Shown piece by piece: positions 18,201-25,840 of a stretch of DNA of 27,139 nucleotides; within the stretch, counting starts at the first letter, position 1, and every line of letters starts with the position of its first letter. Source of the DNA: Betaproteobacteria bacterium (GTDB lineage: Bacteria; Pseudomonadota; Gammaproteobacteria; Burkholderiales; Usitatibacteraceae). Below the pieces are notes generated by a model. That model saw only the letters and a list, made by a program, of their open reading frames with translations. It was not told the DNA's origin and did no database searches. A program made the translations under genes and the position numbers. The stretch covers positions 1 to 27,139 of the forward strand of contig JBDTPE010000001.1 in NCBI GenBank assembly GCA_039932875.1, in the 5' to 3' direction.

Positions 18201-18593
18201 ATTGACCTCAATGTAAGCACGCGCCAGCAACATTGGCCGATCCGGCTCACCTGCCATCAAGCTGTCAAGATAGGCGGACAGGCTTGCTGTCGCGGTTAAA
18301 GCGGTGGCAATGCGCTGCGGCGCTTGCGCGCGCGCATTCGGGTCGCTCTCGTGGCTGCCAACGAGTTTCTCTATTTCTTCATTGAAGCGTGTCGCCGCGC
18401 CCAGACCGACCATGGTCAGCGCGCCGGTCACTTGATGCAGATGCGTAGCCGCGTACTTGGCCGCCTTGGTATCGCCGGGATTGGCGGCGAGGGCCTCAAG
18501 GTGCGCGCGCGTTTCAGCTAGCGAATGTTCTATCTCCGCCTTTACCCATGACAAGGGGCCGATATCAAACGCTGGTTTTGGATTAGAAGCCAT
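12261..18593 (-). CDS. chpA: Chemosensory pili system hybrid kinase ChpA/PilL (multiple Hpt domains, CheA dimerisation/HATPase, CheW, C-terminal receiver)
   Basis: Hpt motifs HLHQVTGAL (H53), YHTLKGSGRMVG (H736), AHTLNSSSR (H982), FHTLKGSARMAG (H1357). HATPase HLLRNAVAHG, DDGAG, GRGVGMDVV. CheW domain; receiver ILLDIEMPRMDG. Directly downstream of pilJ. Confidence 0.95.
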   Translation of the reverse strand: MASNPKPAFDIGPLSWVKAEIEHSLAETRAHLEALAANPGDTKAAKYAATHLHQVTGALTMVGLGAATRFNEEIEKLVGSHESDPNARAQAPQRIATALTATASLSAYLDSLMAGEPDRPMLLARAYIEVNKARGATDASETDLFSPDLSLTLVMPDNTVALPKPEMLAEAIKQRRAMYQAGLLKLLRDKDMVGGAREMRNATLAIEALQVTSPTVSFWYAASGFFDAVATNPGDAGAMAVQLFGKIDQQIKLLIDGVQKVPEKLFRDLLLVIGRSKANTERLRKIRELYRLDELLAIPVVHGALGADDQLKAVIRGLRDHVQEQKESWLKFASGNRASLEQFVTQSAPFLNAAKRQPNRDLATVVETLGAVGEHLRKTQVPVSETLSLEMATALLFLESALENYFRQSSDFGAQARNVVERLKGAMTGSALPPARAGTSALMDDMSKRAQERMLMFQVGQEVQVNLATIEGSLDTFFRDPTKSTELSNLAPLFSQVQGALTILELNEAADLNSLLRKQVEQFASGAITIVGDDAEAVAEGVSALGLYIAALQQGTSQPRDVLLPALIRFGLAEKPADPDRTAIKSPISKADVDVAKQKVQGLYEDWKQQPEQTASRDQLRAAVKDLRQDATLIADGESARQSDEMLKAIDQTFDPNKTGVMTAIAEIAPDKPTEAPSAQTVQLIDASATEVDSELLEIFLEEAGEVVVTISENLGVLRGKPHDHDALTTIRRGYHTLKGSGRMVGLVDLGEVAWSCEQVFNKWLKDETPASPSLLAFVDHTLHAFSEWVSALKITNGARVDGSAIARMAEMLKNGQEPVFAAEPVAAIPEVASAETPAEPVATPIALSPAPSVSIELPPATTVETSPFEFAAVDAATPVDAEPLVEIASTDETPLAVEAVESPEPAFAPDLASTPEAFELEQELPSDTSDIVVGTVIVPHALFNIYLGEAEQHIATLDNEMAALEAKPERPVSHEFMRAAHTLNSSSRTTNFDMIAEVAAGLEKWSQDAIEFTPVLDAERLGVMRQAVDALSSMVMGLHTHELPTPREDVVKELIGLREALKLAKRAESSFVKLPDATAVPEIVLADEIDFGNFGAIEPSAPATSANAQLAEIDAIEVPAAAPFADFSFPAETPPPIPVAEPVAELEFSAPTKSVGDAAIERNAEAAPVSVDVIAADEPMIETAPESAFDAPDFFDAPAAEAAVEPPVEHVRDFEVPQPAVEVDGLAQGDAVAEPETATLPGVAAIGVAAELASTMPSEVEHSPFEVAVPAPTAPLFVPSPAPAPATTTVVTHPVEAAFESGKEKRRIEDDIDADLLPIFLEEAKEIVPQVGDGLRTWRAMPADHAPVIELARHFHTLKGSARMAGLMRLGELAHVIESRMIAMDAEAEPASVKFDDIDEHFDRFTGALDRLNAGELTSVIEIPVSDVFEHQKDKPTTIAVMAAAAQAVRDESAPKGRERQSLLRVNADIIDRFVNEAGELSIARSRVEQEMLTFKQSLLDLNENIARMKAQLREVEIQSETQIQSRIKEAEEHGAAFDPLEFDRFSRTQELTRFMAESLNDVVTLQVSLQKNLDEAEAALIQQSRLNRDLQQGLMSVRLVPLGNLQDRFYRLVRQTAKELEKKANLEFRGVRVEIDRSVLEKITPPFEHLLRNAVAHGLELPADRAAKGKSEIGEITIDAQQVGNEVVLTLSDDGAGLNFARIREKAIEQGLLAADAEVSEAQLTQFIFMAGFSTAKEVTQVAGRGVGMDVVRNEIVSLGGRIDIASNEGRGTTFTIALPLTLAVTQAVMVVVGDVMYAIPSVMIEQVQEYKGKRYEPLLAMNEIEWKGTKYPLRSMAALLGGKPTVSAQRKALVILAKSGQQRSAVQVDQIIGNREIVVKTIGPQLARLMGVAGATVTGSGQIILIINPVQLHFRETATVSIERAQAMPVGFTSDEQTLASSNQAAVHVLEDTKGQSLGEAIAAAAPAAGDSESATPLLVRSAPLVMVVDDSLTVRKITSRMLLREGFEVATAKDGVDGLQQLQDIEPDIILLDIEMPRMDGFEFARNVRADAKTRGIPIIMITSRTAEKHRNRALELGVNEYMGKPYQEEQLLVMIRNFTKARATA

Positions 18594-18643
18594 TAATTAC
18601 GCACCGAATTTCAAGTGAGACATTGGCAAAGTTCGGCAGACTG

Positions 18644-20959
18644 TTACAACTTGAATCCGGAAACCGACGCTTTGAGATCCGATGCCACATCTGCCAACTC
18701 TTTAATTGACGACGCTGTCTGCTGTGTACCGGTCGTTGTTTGACGATTGATTTCAAGAATGTCCTGCATATTTCGGGCAACCTTGTTTGCAGACGCCGCC
18801 TGCGCCTGGGTGTCGGCAGAAATTCTTTGAATGAGGTTCGCCAGACTCTTGGTAACGGTATCGATTTCGCTTAGGGCTTGACCCGCCGCGTCCGAGAGCT
18901 TTGCACCCTCGACCACACCAGTGGTTGATTTTTCCATAGCAGCAACGGCATCTTGTGTGTCTGCCTGAATGGTTTTCACAATGGCGCCGATCTGCTTGGT
19001 TGCTTCACCGGAGCGCTCGGCCAATCGCTGCACCTCTTCTGCTACCACCGAGAAGCCGCGCCCTGCCTCGCCCGCTGAGGCTGCCTGAATGGCAGCGTTC
19101 AACGCGAGCACGTTTGTCTGCTCAGTAATGTCGGAAATCAGCTCTACAATTTCGCCAATTTCCTGGGAGCTCTCGCCCAGCCGCTTGATACGCTTGGATG
19201 TTTCCTGGATTTGCTCGCGAATATCGTTCATACCAGAAATCGAATTTTGCACCGCGACGCGCCCCTTGTCAGAGGCCGCCAATGAGCGCATGGCAACCTG
19301 CGACGATTCCTCAGCGTTTGACGACACGGTCGTCAGCGTCTGCGCGACACCAAGCACCTGCTGGGTCGTGTCCTGAATTTCTTTCGATTGCTTTTCGGCA
19401 GCGTCGAGCAACTGCACTGAAACCGCCTGTGCTTGTTGGGATTTCGCCGATACGGATGTTGACGCATTGTTAACCCCGGTTACCAGTGTGCGTAACTCGT
19501 CAATTGTGTAATTCATCGAGTCCGCGATGGCGCCGGTGATGTCCTCCGTCACCTTCGCCCGAATGGTCAAGTCGCCGTCAGCCAGGTCGCCCATCTCGTT
19601 GAGGAGCCGCAGGATTGCCTCCTGATTGCGCTTATTTTCGGATTCAGACTCACCGGCGCGCCGGCGTGCATCGGATAGAAATACCGCCGCAATCAAAGCC
19701 AGGAAAATCAGCGCCAATAAGCCGAACCCCAGCGCCAGAAAAAGGAAAATGTTTTGCTTTTCCACCGCTAGGGCGTTTTGCAATTGTTCTACGTTTGACA
19801 GCAGCTGTTCGGAGCCTTGCTGCAAAGCGCGGCCAGACTGACGCGCGGAAACCAGTTTTTGCACGCTTCCCAGGATCGGCTGGATGTTCTGCTCAAAGCC
19901 GTTAAACGACTCCCTCAGCTTGGCCAACTTGGCTTTTGCGTCCCCGTCGCGCAAAGCAGTGATTCCCAATGTGTCAGAACCGGACTCCAGCGCCTTGATC
20001 AGTTCGCGGAAATCATTGGTGTCTTTGCCCATCAGGAAAGGCACCGTTGGATCGATAATCTCACCGCCAAGAATTTCTGCGGAGCCACGTCCTAGTCGCT
20101 CCGACAGGAATGTCAGACGGTTAACCTTCAACACCTGAACCGGCGGCGCGCCGGACTGCTGCATCAGACCGGTCAAATCCTGCGAAAGTTCGGCCAGCTC
20201 CTCGGAGCCTGCGCGAACCTGTGCGATGTTGCGCGACAATTCAGACAAGTCATTTTTAGCCGCCAGGATCGACGTCGCGGCATTGGAAGCGTCGGCGAAG
20301 CGCTTGGTCAGTTCCTCCAGGCGCGACGTGAGCTCTTCGCTGGAGCGAGCACTTGGGACCTTTGTGTTGAACGCTTCTCCCCCCTTATTCAGCACTTCCA
20401 GATAACGCTGAAATTCGTCCCGGCTGTCCTGAAGTTGTGGAAACGAGGCCAGGTCACCGCGAGCAGCGAGCCCGGCAGATTTTGCAAGCCGCTGCGAGTG
20501 ATACTGGAGCTGTGAGGTGATGTTAGCGAACGTTGAGCTATTGCCGCGACCGTCCGCGTCCAATAAAACGGCACCAATGGTGAAGGCGCCGAACAACCCC
20601 GCAACGGCAAGCAAGATTGGCAGCTGTTGTTCGACCGGTCGGTTGCCGATTAACGGCAGCTTGAAGCCGCCAAGTTTCTTGGTGGGCTTGGCCGTGCTGG
20701 CAGCAGCAACGTCTGCTTTGATTTTTCTCGTTTGAGTACCCGTGGTACCTGCGGCACCGGTGGTTGGTCCGGCATCGGCGTTTGAATCTTTCCGGTCACC
20801 GATGGATGATGTCGCGGCCACGCTTTTCTTGCGGCCGAAAAGCTTTTCCATAAAGGAGCCAGACTTTTTGCCCGCGGCCGTCGGCTTGGTCGCCGTCACG
20901 GGCGACGTCGCGGTCTGCTTATTGTCCTTGGATGTCAGGGACGGTGTTTTGAGTGCCAT
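18644..20959 (-). CDS. pilJ: Type IV pilus methyl-accepting chemotaxis protein PilJ
   Basis: Two TM segments around a periplasmic domain; HAMP-like LADGDLT; signalling tip [40 protein letters not shown]; position in the pilGHIJ-chpA cluster. Confidence 0.93.
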   Translation of the reverse strand: MALKTPSLTSKDNKQTATSPVTATKPTAAGKKSGSFMEKLFGRKKSVAATSSIGDRKDSNADAGPTTGAAGTTGTQTRKIKADVAAASTAKPTKKLGGFKLPLIGNRPVEQQLPILLAVAGLFGAFTIGAVLLDADGRGNSSTFANITSQLQYHSQRLAKSAGLAARGDLASFPQLQDSRDEFQRYLEVLNKGGEAFNTKVPSARSSEELTSRLEELTKRFADASNAATSILAAKNDLSELSRNIAQVRAGSEELAELSQDLTGLMQQSGAPPVQVLKVNRLTFLSERLGRGSAEILGGEIIDPTVPFLMGKDTNDFRELIKALESGSDTLGITALRDGDAKAKLAKLRESFNGFEQNIQPILGSVQKLVSARQSGRALQQGSEQLLSNVEQLQNALAVEKQNIFLFLALGFGLLALIFLALIAAVFLSDARRRAGESESENKRNQEAILRLLNEMGDLADGDLTIRAKVTEDITGAIADSMNYTIDELRTLVTGVNNASTSVSAKSQQAQAVSVQLLDAAEKQSKEIQDTTQQVLGVAQTLTTVSSNAEESSQVAMRSLAASDKGRVAVQNSISGMNDIREQIQETSKRIKRLGESSQEIGEIVELISDITEQTNVLALNAAIQAASAGEAGRGFSVVAEEVQRLAERSGEATKQIGAIVKTIQADTQDAVAAMEKSTTGVVEGAKLSDAAGQALSEIDTVTKSLANLIQRISADTQAQAASANKVARNMQDILEINRQTTTGTQQTASSIKELADVASDLKASVSGFKL

Positions 20960-21002
20960 GGGCTTCTCCGTTACATGCTTGATTTGTTCGTTGCCAACAT
21001 CA

Positions 21003-21539
21003 CTAGGCGGCGACAGCCGCTGTCACGACCCCTACTTCAAGAAAATGCGCATTCCGCGCCAGCCCTGCCAGATCGAGCTCGTACCACGATGTACCACTTG
21101 CGTCGCGATAAGCACCCTTTACCCACGGCCTCGCCGCTTCCGCGCCAAGCGGCTCGGGTGTAAACAGCTCTGGGTTATGTAAACCCAGCATTCGACTTAC
21201 CACCAAACCTGAACCCTCGATCAATCTTTCGGCGACCAGAATGACGCGACGTTCCATTGCCGCCCCGATTGCCGGCTGCCCTTGAAAAGCTGCGAAGTCT
21301 GCGATCGAATACAGTTTGCCGCGAATATTGGCAACGCCGCGATACCAGGTCTGCGTCATCGGCACTGGAATAATTTTCGGCATAGGGATTACTTCGGATA
21401 CGTCCGAAAGCGTAACCAGCCAGTTCTGCTGACCGACCTGGAAGCCAAGTCGCGATAACACGGTCTTTCGCGAAGCGGCATCGCGAATACGCAATGCTAC
21501 CCCTTGTTGAAACTCCCGAAGACTGGTCTTTCGCGCCAT
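21003..21539 (-). CDS. pilI: CheW-like coupling protein PilI
   Basis: CheW pattern [36 protein letters not shown]; lies between pilH and pilJ. Confidence 0.9.
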   Translation of the reverse strand: MARKTSLREFQQGVALRIRDAASRKTVLSRLGFQVGQQNWLVTLSDVSEVIPMPKIIPVPMTQTWYRGVANIRGKLYSIADFAAFQGQPAIGAAMERRVILVAERLIEGSGLVVSRMLGLHNPELFTPEPLGAEAARPWVKGAYRDASGTSWYELDLAGLARNAHFLEVGVVTAAVAA

Positions 21540-21571
21540 GGCTCAAGCAACCCGAATAGGTAAATGGGCGT

Positions 21572-21937
21572 TCAACCGAGCGCCTTGATTTTCGATATTA
21601 GCTCTGGGCCATTCACGGGCTTGACCAGATAATCTTTGGCGCCTTGGCGCATTCCCCATATCTTGTCCGTTTCCTGGTCCTTGGTGGTACAAATAAAGAC
21701 GGGAATGTGTTTCGTGGTGTCGGCACGCGTAATGGCCCTCGTCGCCTGAAAGCCGTTCAGCCCCGGCATTACAACGTCCATAAGGATAAGGTCAGGCAAT
21801 TCAGCCTTTGCTTTTTCCACACCTTCTTCGCCGCTGTTGGCAACAACCACAGCATATCCGGACTTGACCAGCAATCCTTCAAGAAATGCGCGTTCGGTGG
21901 GGGAGTCGTCAACGACGAGGATTTTTTTGACGGCCAT
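21572..21937 (-). CDS. pilH: Single-domain response regulator PilH
   Basis: ILVVDDSPTE, LILMDVVMPGLNGFQATR, TTKDQETDKIWGMRQGAKDYLVKP; GGAG RBS. Confidence 0.93.
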   Translation of the reverse strand: MAVKKILVVDDSPTERAFLEGLLVKSGYAVVVANSGEEGVEKAKAELPDLILMDVVMPGLNGFQATRAITRADTTKHIPVFICTTKDQETDKIWGMRQGAKDYLVKPVNGPELISKIKALG

Positions 21938-21996
21938 TTTTTGCTCCAGTAATAATATGTAATGCGTTGAAATTTGGAATACTGATCTGACTTATC

Positions 21997-22401
21997 CTAC
22001 ATTACCCGGATGCGATCAGGCAGGTGTGCCTCTACCGTTTTTAACAGACTATCTTTCGAAAAGGGCTTTGTAAGGTATTCGTCGGATCCGACCATACGGC
22101 CCCGCGCGCGATCAAACAAGCTGTCTTTAGATGACAGCATGATTACGGGCGTAAATTTGAATTTCGCATTCTTCTTTATCAGCGCGCAGGTTTGGTAGCC
22201 ATCAAGTCTTGGCATCATGACATCCACGAAAATCAGGTCGGGGTGGTGATCTGCGATTTTGACTAGCGAGTCAAATCCGTTTTCCGCCAGAATTACCTGA
22301 CAACCCGCTTGCATCAAGAAAATCTCTGCCGAACGCCGAATCGTATTCGAATCGTCGATCACCATGACTCTGACGCCGGCCAACGGTTTTGCGTCGCTCA
22401 C
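21997..22401 (-). CDS. pilG: Single-domain response regulator PilG
   Basis: VMVIDDSNTIRRSAE, IFVDVMMPRLDGYQTCALIK, MLSSKDSLFDRARGRMVGSDEYLTKPF; GTG start. Confidence 0.94.
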   Translation of the reverse strand: MSDAKPLAGVRVMVIDDSNTIRRSAEIFLMQAGCQVILAENGFDSLVKIADHHPDLIFVDVMMPRLDGYQTCALIKKNAKFKFTPVIMLSSKDSLFDRARGRMVGSDEYLTKPFSKDSLLKTVEAHLPDRIRVM

Positions 22402-22663
22402 GAGGCTCTCTTCTCGAACGGATGCATCAAATTAGATAACCAGTATTTACCATGTCGACAAAATCGCGCCTCCAGACGGCCCACGCTATTAAATGCGTCG
22501 TTTTTGACCGCTGCAGCCCCCAAAACAAGATGTTTTTTCCATTGCCTTCCGGCTATTTGAGTAAAGGTTATCCCGCTTTCACACAAGAAACAATAAGAAA
22601 CCGCCTGTTTTCGATATTCTTTTAGCAAGCCACAATGCACCTTACGGTCGATGCCGACACCGC

Positions 22664-22855
22664 TCAGAGCTCGACCATTTCAAAATCCTCTTTGCGAGCG
22701 CCACATTCAGGACAACACCAACCAATAGGTATGTCGCCCCAGCGCGTACCCGGAGGGATGCCGTCTTCTGGCCAGCCGACGGCCTCTTCATACATCAGCC
22801 CACAGACCAGACACATCCATACTTTGTCGGCACCGCTACTATCAATCACATCCAT
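22664..22855 (-). CDS. Rubredoxin
   Basis: CLVCG...[28 protein letters not shown]: two CxxCG knuckles in 63 aa. Confidence 0.95.
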   Translation of the reverse strand: MDVIDSSGADKVWMCLVCGLMYEEAVGWPEDGIPPGTRWGDIPIGWCCPECGARKEDFEMVEL

Positions 22856-22920
22856 TCTCAGCTTTCAAGCGATACAATAGTTCACAATTGTCCGCACCAA
22901 CTACGCTACCGACAGTCGCC

Positions 22921-22943
22921 AAAAAAGCCGCATCATAGCGGCT
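22921..22943 (-). terminator. Intrinsic-terminator-like hairpin on the minus strand (AGCCGC-TATGAT-GCGGCT-TTTTT) upstream of rubredoxin
   Basis: 6-bp stem at 22926-22931/22938-22943 followed by a T-run on the minus strand. The loop is also a -10-like TATGAT, so the function is ambiguous. Confidence 0.45.
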
Positions 22944-22995
22944 CTGGCGGGTGCGCGCCATATCGGCTATTTTGCAGCATTCCAGATATTTAAAC

Positions 22996-23883
22996 ATGCC
23001 AGACTCCTTCAAAGCCCCACCGGCAGTGCTTACGTTTGCAGCGTCAGACCCTTCTGGTGGTGCCGGAATCCAGGCCGACATTTTGACCTTGTCGAGCATG
23101 GGTTGTCATCCGCTTTCGGTCATTACGGCCATCACTGTACAGAACACATCGGGGGTCGAGGCGATTTCCGTGGTGGACGCCGATCTGGTCGCCGATCAGG
23201 CCCGCGCGATATTGGAAGACATTCCTGTGGCAGCTTTCAAAATTGGTGTCCTGGGCAGCGCTGAGATTGTTGCGGTAGTGGCTGAAATTGTGTCGGATTA
23301 TCCTGAAATTCCGCTCATATTGGATCCCGTTTTGGCGTCAGCTCGCGGCGATGAGTTCGCCAACGAAGATACCCTGTCCGCAATAAGGGAGTTGCTCGTG
23401 CCACAGTGTACGGTCATCACGCCAAATTCACCTGAACTACGACGTTTGGCCCAAGAAGACGATGAAGAAGCACTAACGCTAGAAAAACTAGCCATGCGTT
23501 TGATAGAGATGGGCTGTGAGTACGTTTTGGTCACCGGCACACACGAGGCCACCGCCGATGTGATTAACACCGTTTTTTTTGAAAAAGGCGTCGTACGAAG
23601 CGATACCTGGCAGCGACTACCCGGCAGTTATCATGGTTCGGGTTGCACGTTGGCTTCCGCGCTGGCGGCGACGATTGCACGCGGTCTGGACATCGCAGAG
23701 GCCGCTCGTGAGGCGCAAGAATACACTTGGCAGACGCTCAAGTTTGGCTTTCGGCCGGGAATGGGGCAGCTTCTGCCTGATCGCATGTTTTGGGCGCGCG
23801 ATGATGAGGTCGACGAGCGCGGGCTGGGCAACAAGGCCCAAGATACCGAGTCTGCAACCGGCGGTTTGCGATCACGTCTTTAA
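22996..23883 (+). CDS. thiD: Hydroxymethylpyrimidine/phosphomethylpyrimidine kinase
   Basis: LTFAASDPSGGAGIQAD, TAITVQNT, ILDPV, VITPNSPE, YHGSGCTLASA. Start placed at ATG 22996 (MPDSFK) rather than the track's 22951. Confidence 0.88.
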   Translation: MPDSFKAPPAVLTFAASDPSGGAGIQADILTLSSMGCHPLSVITAITVQNTSGVEAISVVDADLVADQARAILEDIPVAAFKIGVLGSAEIVAVVAEIVSDYPEIPLILDPVLASARGDEFANEDTLSAIRELLVPQCTVITPNSPELRRLAQEDDEEALTLEKLAMRLIEMGCEYVLVTGTHEATADVINTVFFEKGVVRSDTWQRLPGSYHGSGCTLASALAATIARGLDIAEAAREAQEYTWQTLKFGFRPGMGQLLPDRMFWARDDEVDERGLGNKAQDTESATGGLRSRL

Positions 23884-23884
23884 T

Positions 23885-24541
23885 ATGCGTGGACTGTATG
23901 CCATCACACCCGAGTCAAGTGATTTGCCGAAGCTTGTTGATCAAGTGGGCCAAGCAGTCGCTGGTGGAGCGTCTGCCATCCAATACAGAAATAAGTCGTT
24001 GTCGCCCGGTGCTGCGATCTTGCAGGCAAAGGCGCTTCAGACGTTACTTAGTAAGACAGGTGTGCTATTCATCATCAACGATAACATCGAACTTGCACTG
24101 GCAATCCGGGCCGATGGCGTACACGTTGGGAAGCAGGATAGTGACTTAAGTGCGCTTTCAGGCGTTCGCGAGCATATTTTGAGCGGCCGCTTTTCATCGC
24201 GACATCAGCCGTTTTTGATCGGTGTTTCTTGCTACAACGATTTGCAACGTGCGAAAGCGGCTGTCGCCGCTGGTGCAGATTACGTTGCTTTTGGCAGTTT
24301 CTTTCCCTCGCAAACTAAGCCGGACGCCGCAAAGGCGGACGTCATGCTTATCAAGTCAGCCAAAATTGCATTGGACGTGCCCGTAGTTGCTATTGGCGGG
24401 ATCACACTTGAAAACGCGCCGCAACTCATTGCGGCCAGAGTCGATGCCATTGCAGTAATCACCGATTTGTTTGGGGCGGACGATATCAGTCATCGCGCCC
24501 GCCAATTTACCAACCTTTTCAATTCCGGCAATCATGTTTAA
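23885..24541 (+). CDS. thiE: Thiamine-phosphate synthase
   Basis: [54 protein letters not shown]. Start is ATG 23885, 1 nt after the thiD stop; the track's start at 23579 is an artefactual extension. Confidence 0.93.
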   Translation: MRGLYAITPESSDLPKLVDQVGQAVAGGASAIQYRNKSLSPGAAILQAKALQTLLSKTGVLFIINDNIELALAIRADGVHVGKQDSDLSALSGVREHILSGRFSSRHQPFLIGVSCYNDLQRAKAAVAAGADYVAFGSFFPSQTKPDAAKADVMLIKSAKIALDVPVVAIGGITLENAPQLIAARVDAIAVITDLFGADDISHRARQFTNLFNSGNHV

Positions 24542-25823
24542 CAATAGCAAAGCCTTGTTCGAAAAATCACAGCGAGTCATTCCCGGGGGCGTTAATTCTC
24601 CAGTTCGCGCGTTCCGCGCGGTTGGGGGAACGCCGATTTTTTTTCGCCGCGGTAACGGCGCCTATTTGTGGGACGTAGACGATAACAAGTTCATCGACTA
24701 TGTTGGCTCCTGGGGGCCGGCAATACTTGGTCATGCCCACCCGGAAGTGGTGCGCGCTGTTCAGGAAAGCGCCGCCAACGGAATGTCTTATGGGGCGCCG
24801 ACGGAAGGCGAGTTGCAGATCGCCGAACGGCTGTGCGCGCTGCTGCCCTCGATTGAGCAGGTGCGGCTGACCAGCTCCGGGACAGAGGCAACAATGAGTG
24901 CAATTCGCCTGGCGCGTGGTTTTACTGGACGCAACAAGATCATCAAATTTGAAGGCTGCTACCATGGTCACGGCGATGCGCTTTTGGTAAAGGCGGGTTC
25001 TGGGGCGCTGACTTTCGGCAACCCCAGTTCAGCGGGTGTGCCCCCAGAAGTTGTCGCACACACTATCGTGCTTGACTACAACAATCTGGACAGTCTTACC
25101 GAGTGCTTTAACAAGATCGGCAGCGAAATTGCCTGTGTCATCACCGAGCCGGTCGCGGGCAACATGAACTTCGTGTTACCTGACCAAGCGTACATGGATG
25201 CATTGCGCAGTTTGTGCACCAAGTACGGTGCCATACTCATTTTTGATGAAGTGATGACTGGCTTTCGTGTAGGGCTGGCCGGCGCACAGGGCCACTTTGG
25301 AATAGTCCCGGACCTTACAACGCTAGGGAAGGTAATTGGCGGAGGCATGCCGGTGGGGGCGTTCGGTGGCCGCAGAGACATCATGGCGCATTTGGCACCA
25401 CTCGGTGGCGTTTATCAGGCGGGAACCCTTTCCGGCAACCCGGTCGCGGTTGCGGCAGGACTGAAAACGTTGGAGCTAGTATCTGCACCGGGTTTTTTTG
25501 AAGCACTATCTCGCACAACTTCAAGTCTGGTTGCCGGGCTGAATTCTGCAGCCGCAGAAGCAGGTCTCGAGTTTAGCGGTACGTCTCTTGGGGGCATGTT
25601 CGGCATTTTCTTTCGTAGAAGTGTCCCGGCAAATTATGCTGAGGCACTGCAAAGTGATAAGCCGAGGTTCAACCGGTTCTTCCACGCCATGTTGGCGCGC
25701 GGCATTTACCTCGCACCATCAGCCTTTGAGGCGGGTTTTGTGTCTGCGGCGCATACGGATGCCGATATTGAGGCGACAATAAAGGCGGCGAAAGAAGCAT
25801 TTTCGGATATTGACCAGACTTAA
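24534..25823 (+). CDS. hemL: Glutamate-1-semialdehyde 2,1-aminomutase
   Basis: [55 protein letters not shown] lysine in [22 protein letters not shown]. Start is ATG 24534, overlapping the thiE stop by 8 nt. Confidence 0.97.
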   Translation: MFNNSKALFEKSQRVIPGGVNSPVRAFRAVGGTPIFFRRGNGAYLWDVDDNKFIDYVGSWGPAILGHAHPEVVRAVQESAANGMSYGAPTEGELQIAERLCALLPSIEQVRLTSSGTEATMSAIRLARGFTGRNKIIKFEGCYHGHGDALLVKAGSGALTFGNPSSAGVPPEVVAHTIVLDYNNLDSLTECFNKIGSEIACVITEPVAGNMNFVLPDQAYMDALRSLCTKYGAILIFDEVMTGFRVGLAGAQGHFGIVPDLTTLGKVIGGGMPVGAFGGRRDIMAHLAPLGGVYQAGTLSGNPVAVAAGLKTLELVSAPGFFEALSRTTSSLVAGLNSAAAEAGLEFSGTSLGGMFGIFFRRSVPANYAEALQSDKPRFNRFFHAMLARGIYLAPSAFEAGFVSAAHTDADIEATIKAAKEAFSDIDQT

Positions 25824-25840
25824 GTCCAAGGCATGACCAC

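Noticed and set aside
8350-22960. Shared CTGGCG/CGCCAG core in hairpins at ~8355, ~12136 and ~22945 as a REP family
   Set aside because: The shared core is only 5-6 bp and is a common hexamer in GC-rich proteobacterial DNA; the flanks do not align.
22856-22995. TPP riboswitch upstream of thiD-thiE
   Set aside because: I could not find the conserved CTGAGA or ACCTGA-type TPP aptamer motifs in the spacer. An Rfam RF00059 scan would confirm this.
23579-23884. 102-aa N-terminal extension of ThiE in the ORF track
   Set aside because: It overlaps the thiD 3' end out of frame. ThiE homology begins at ATG 23885, right after the thiD stop.
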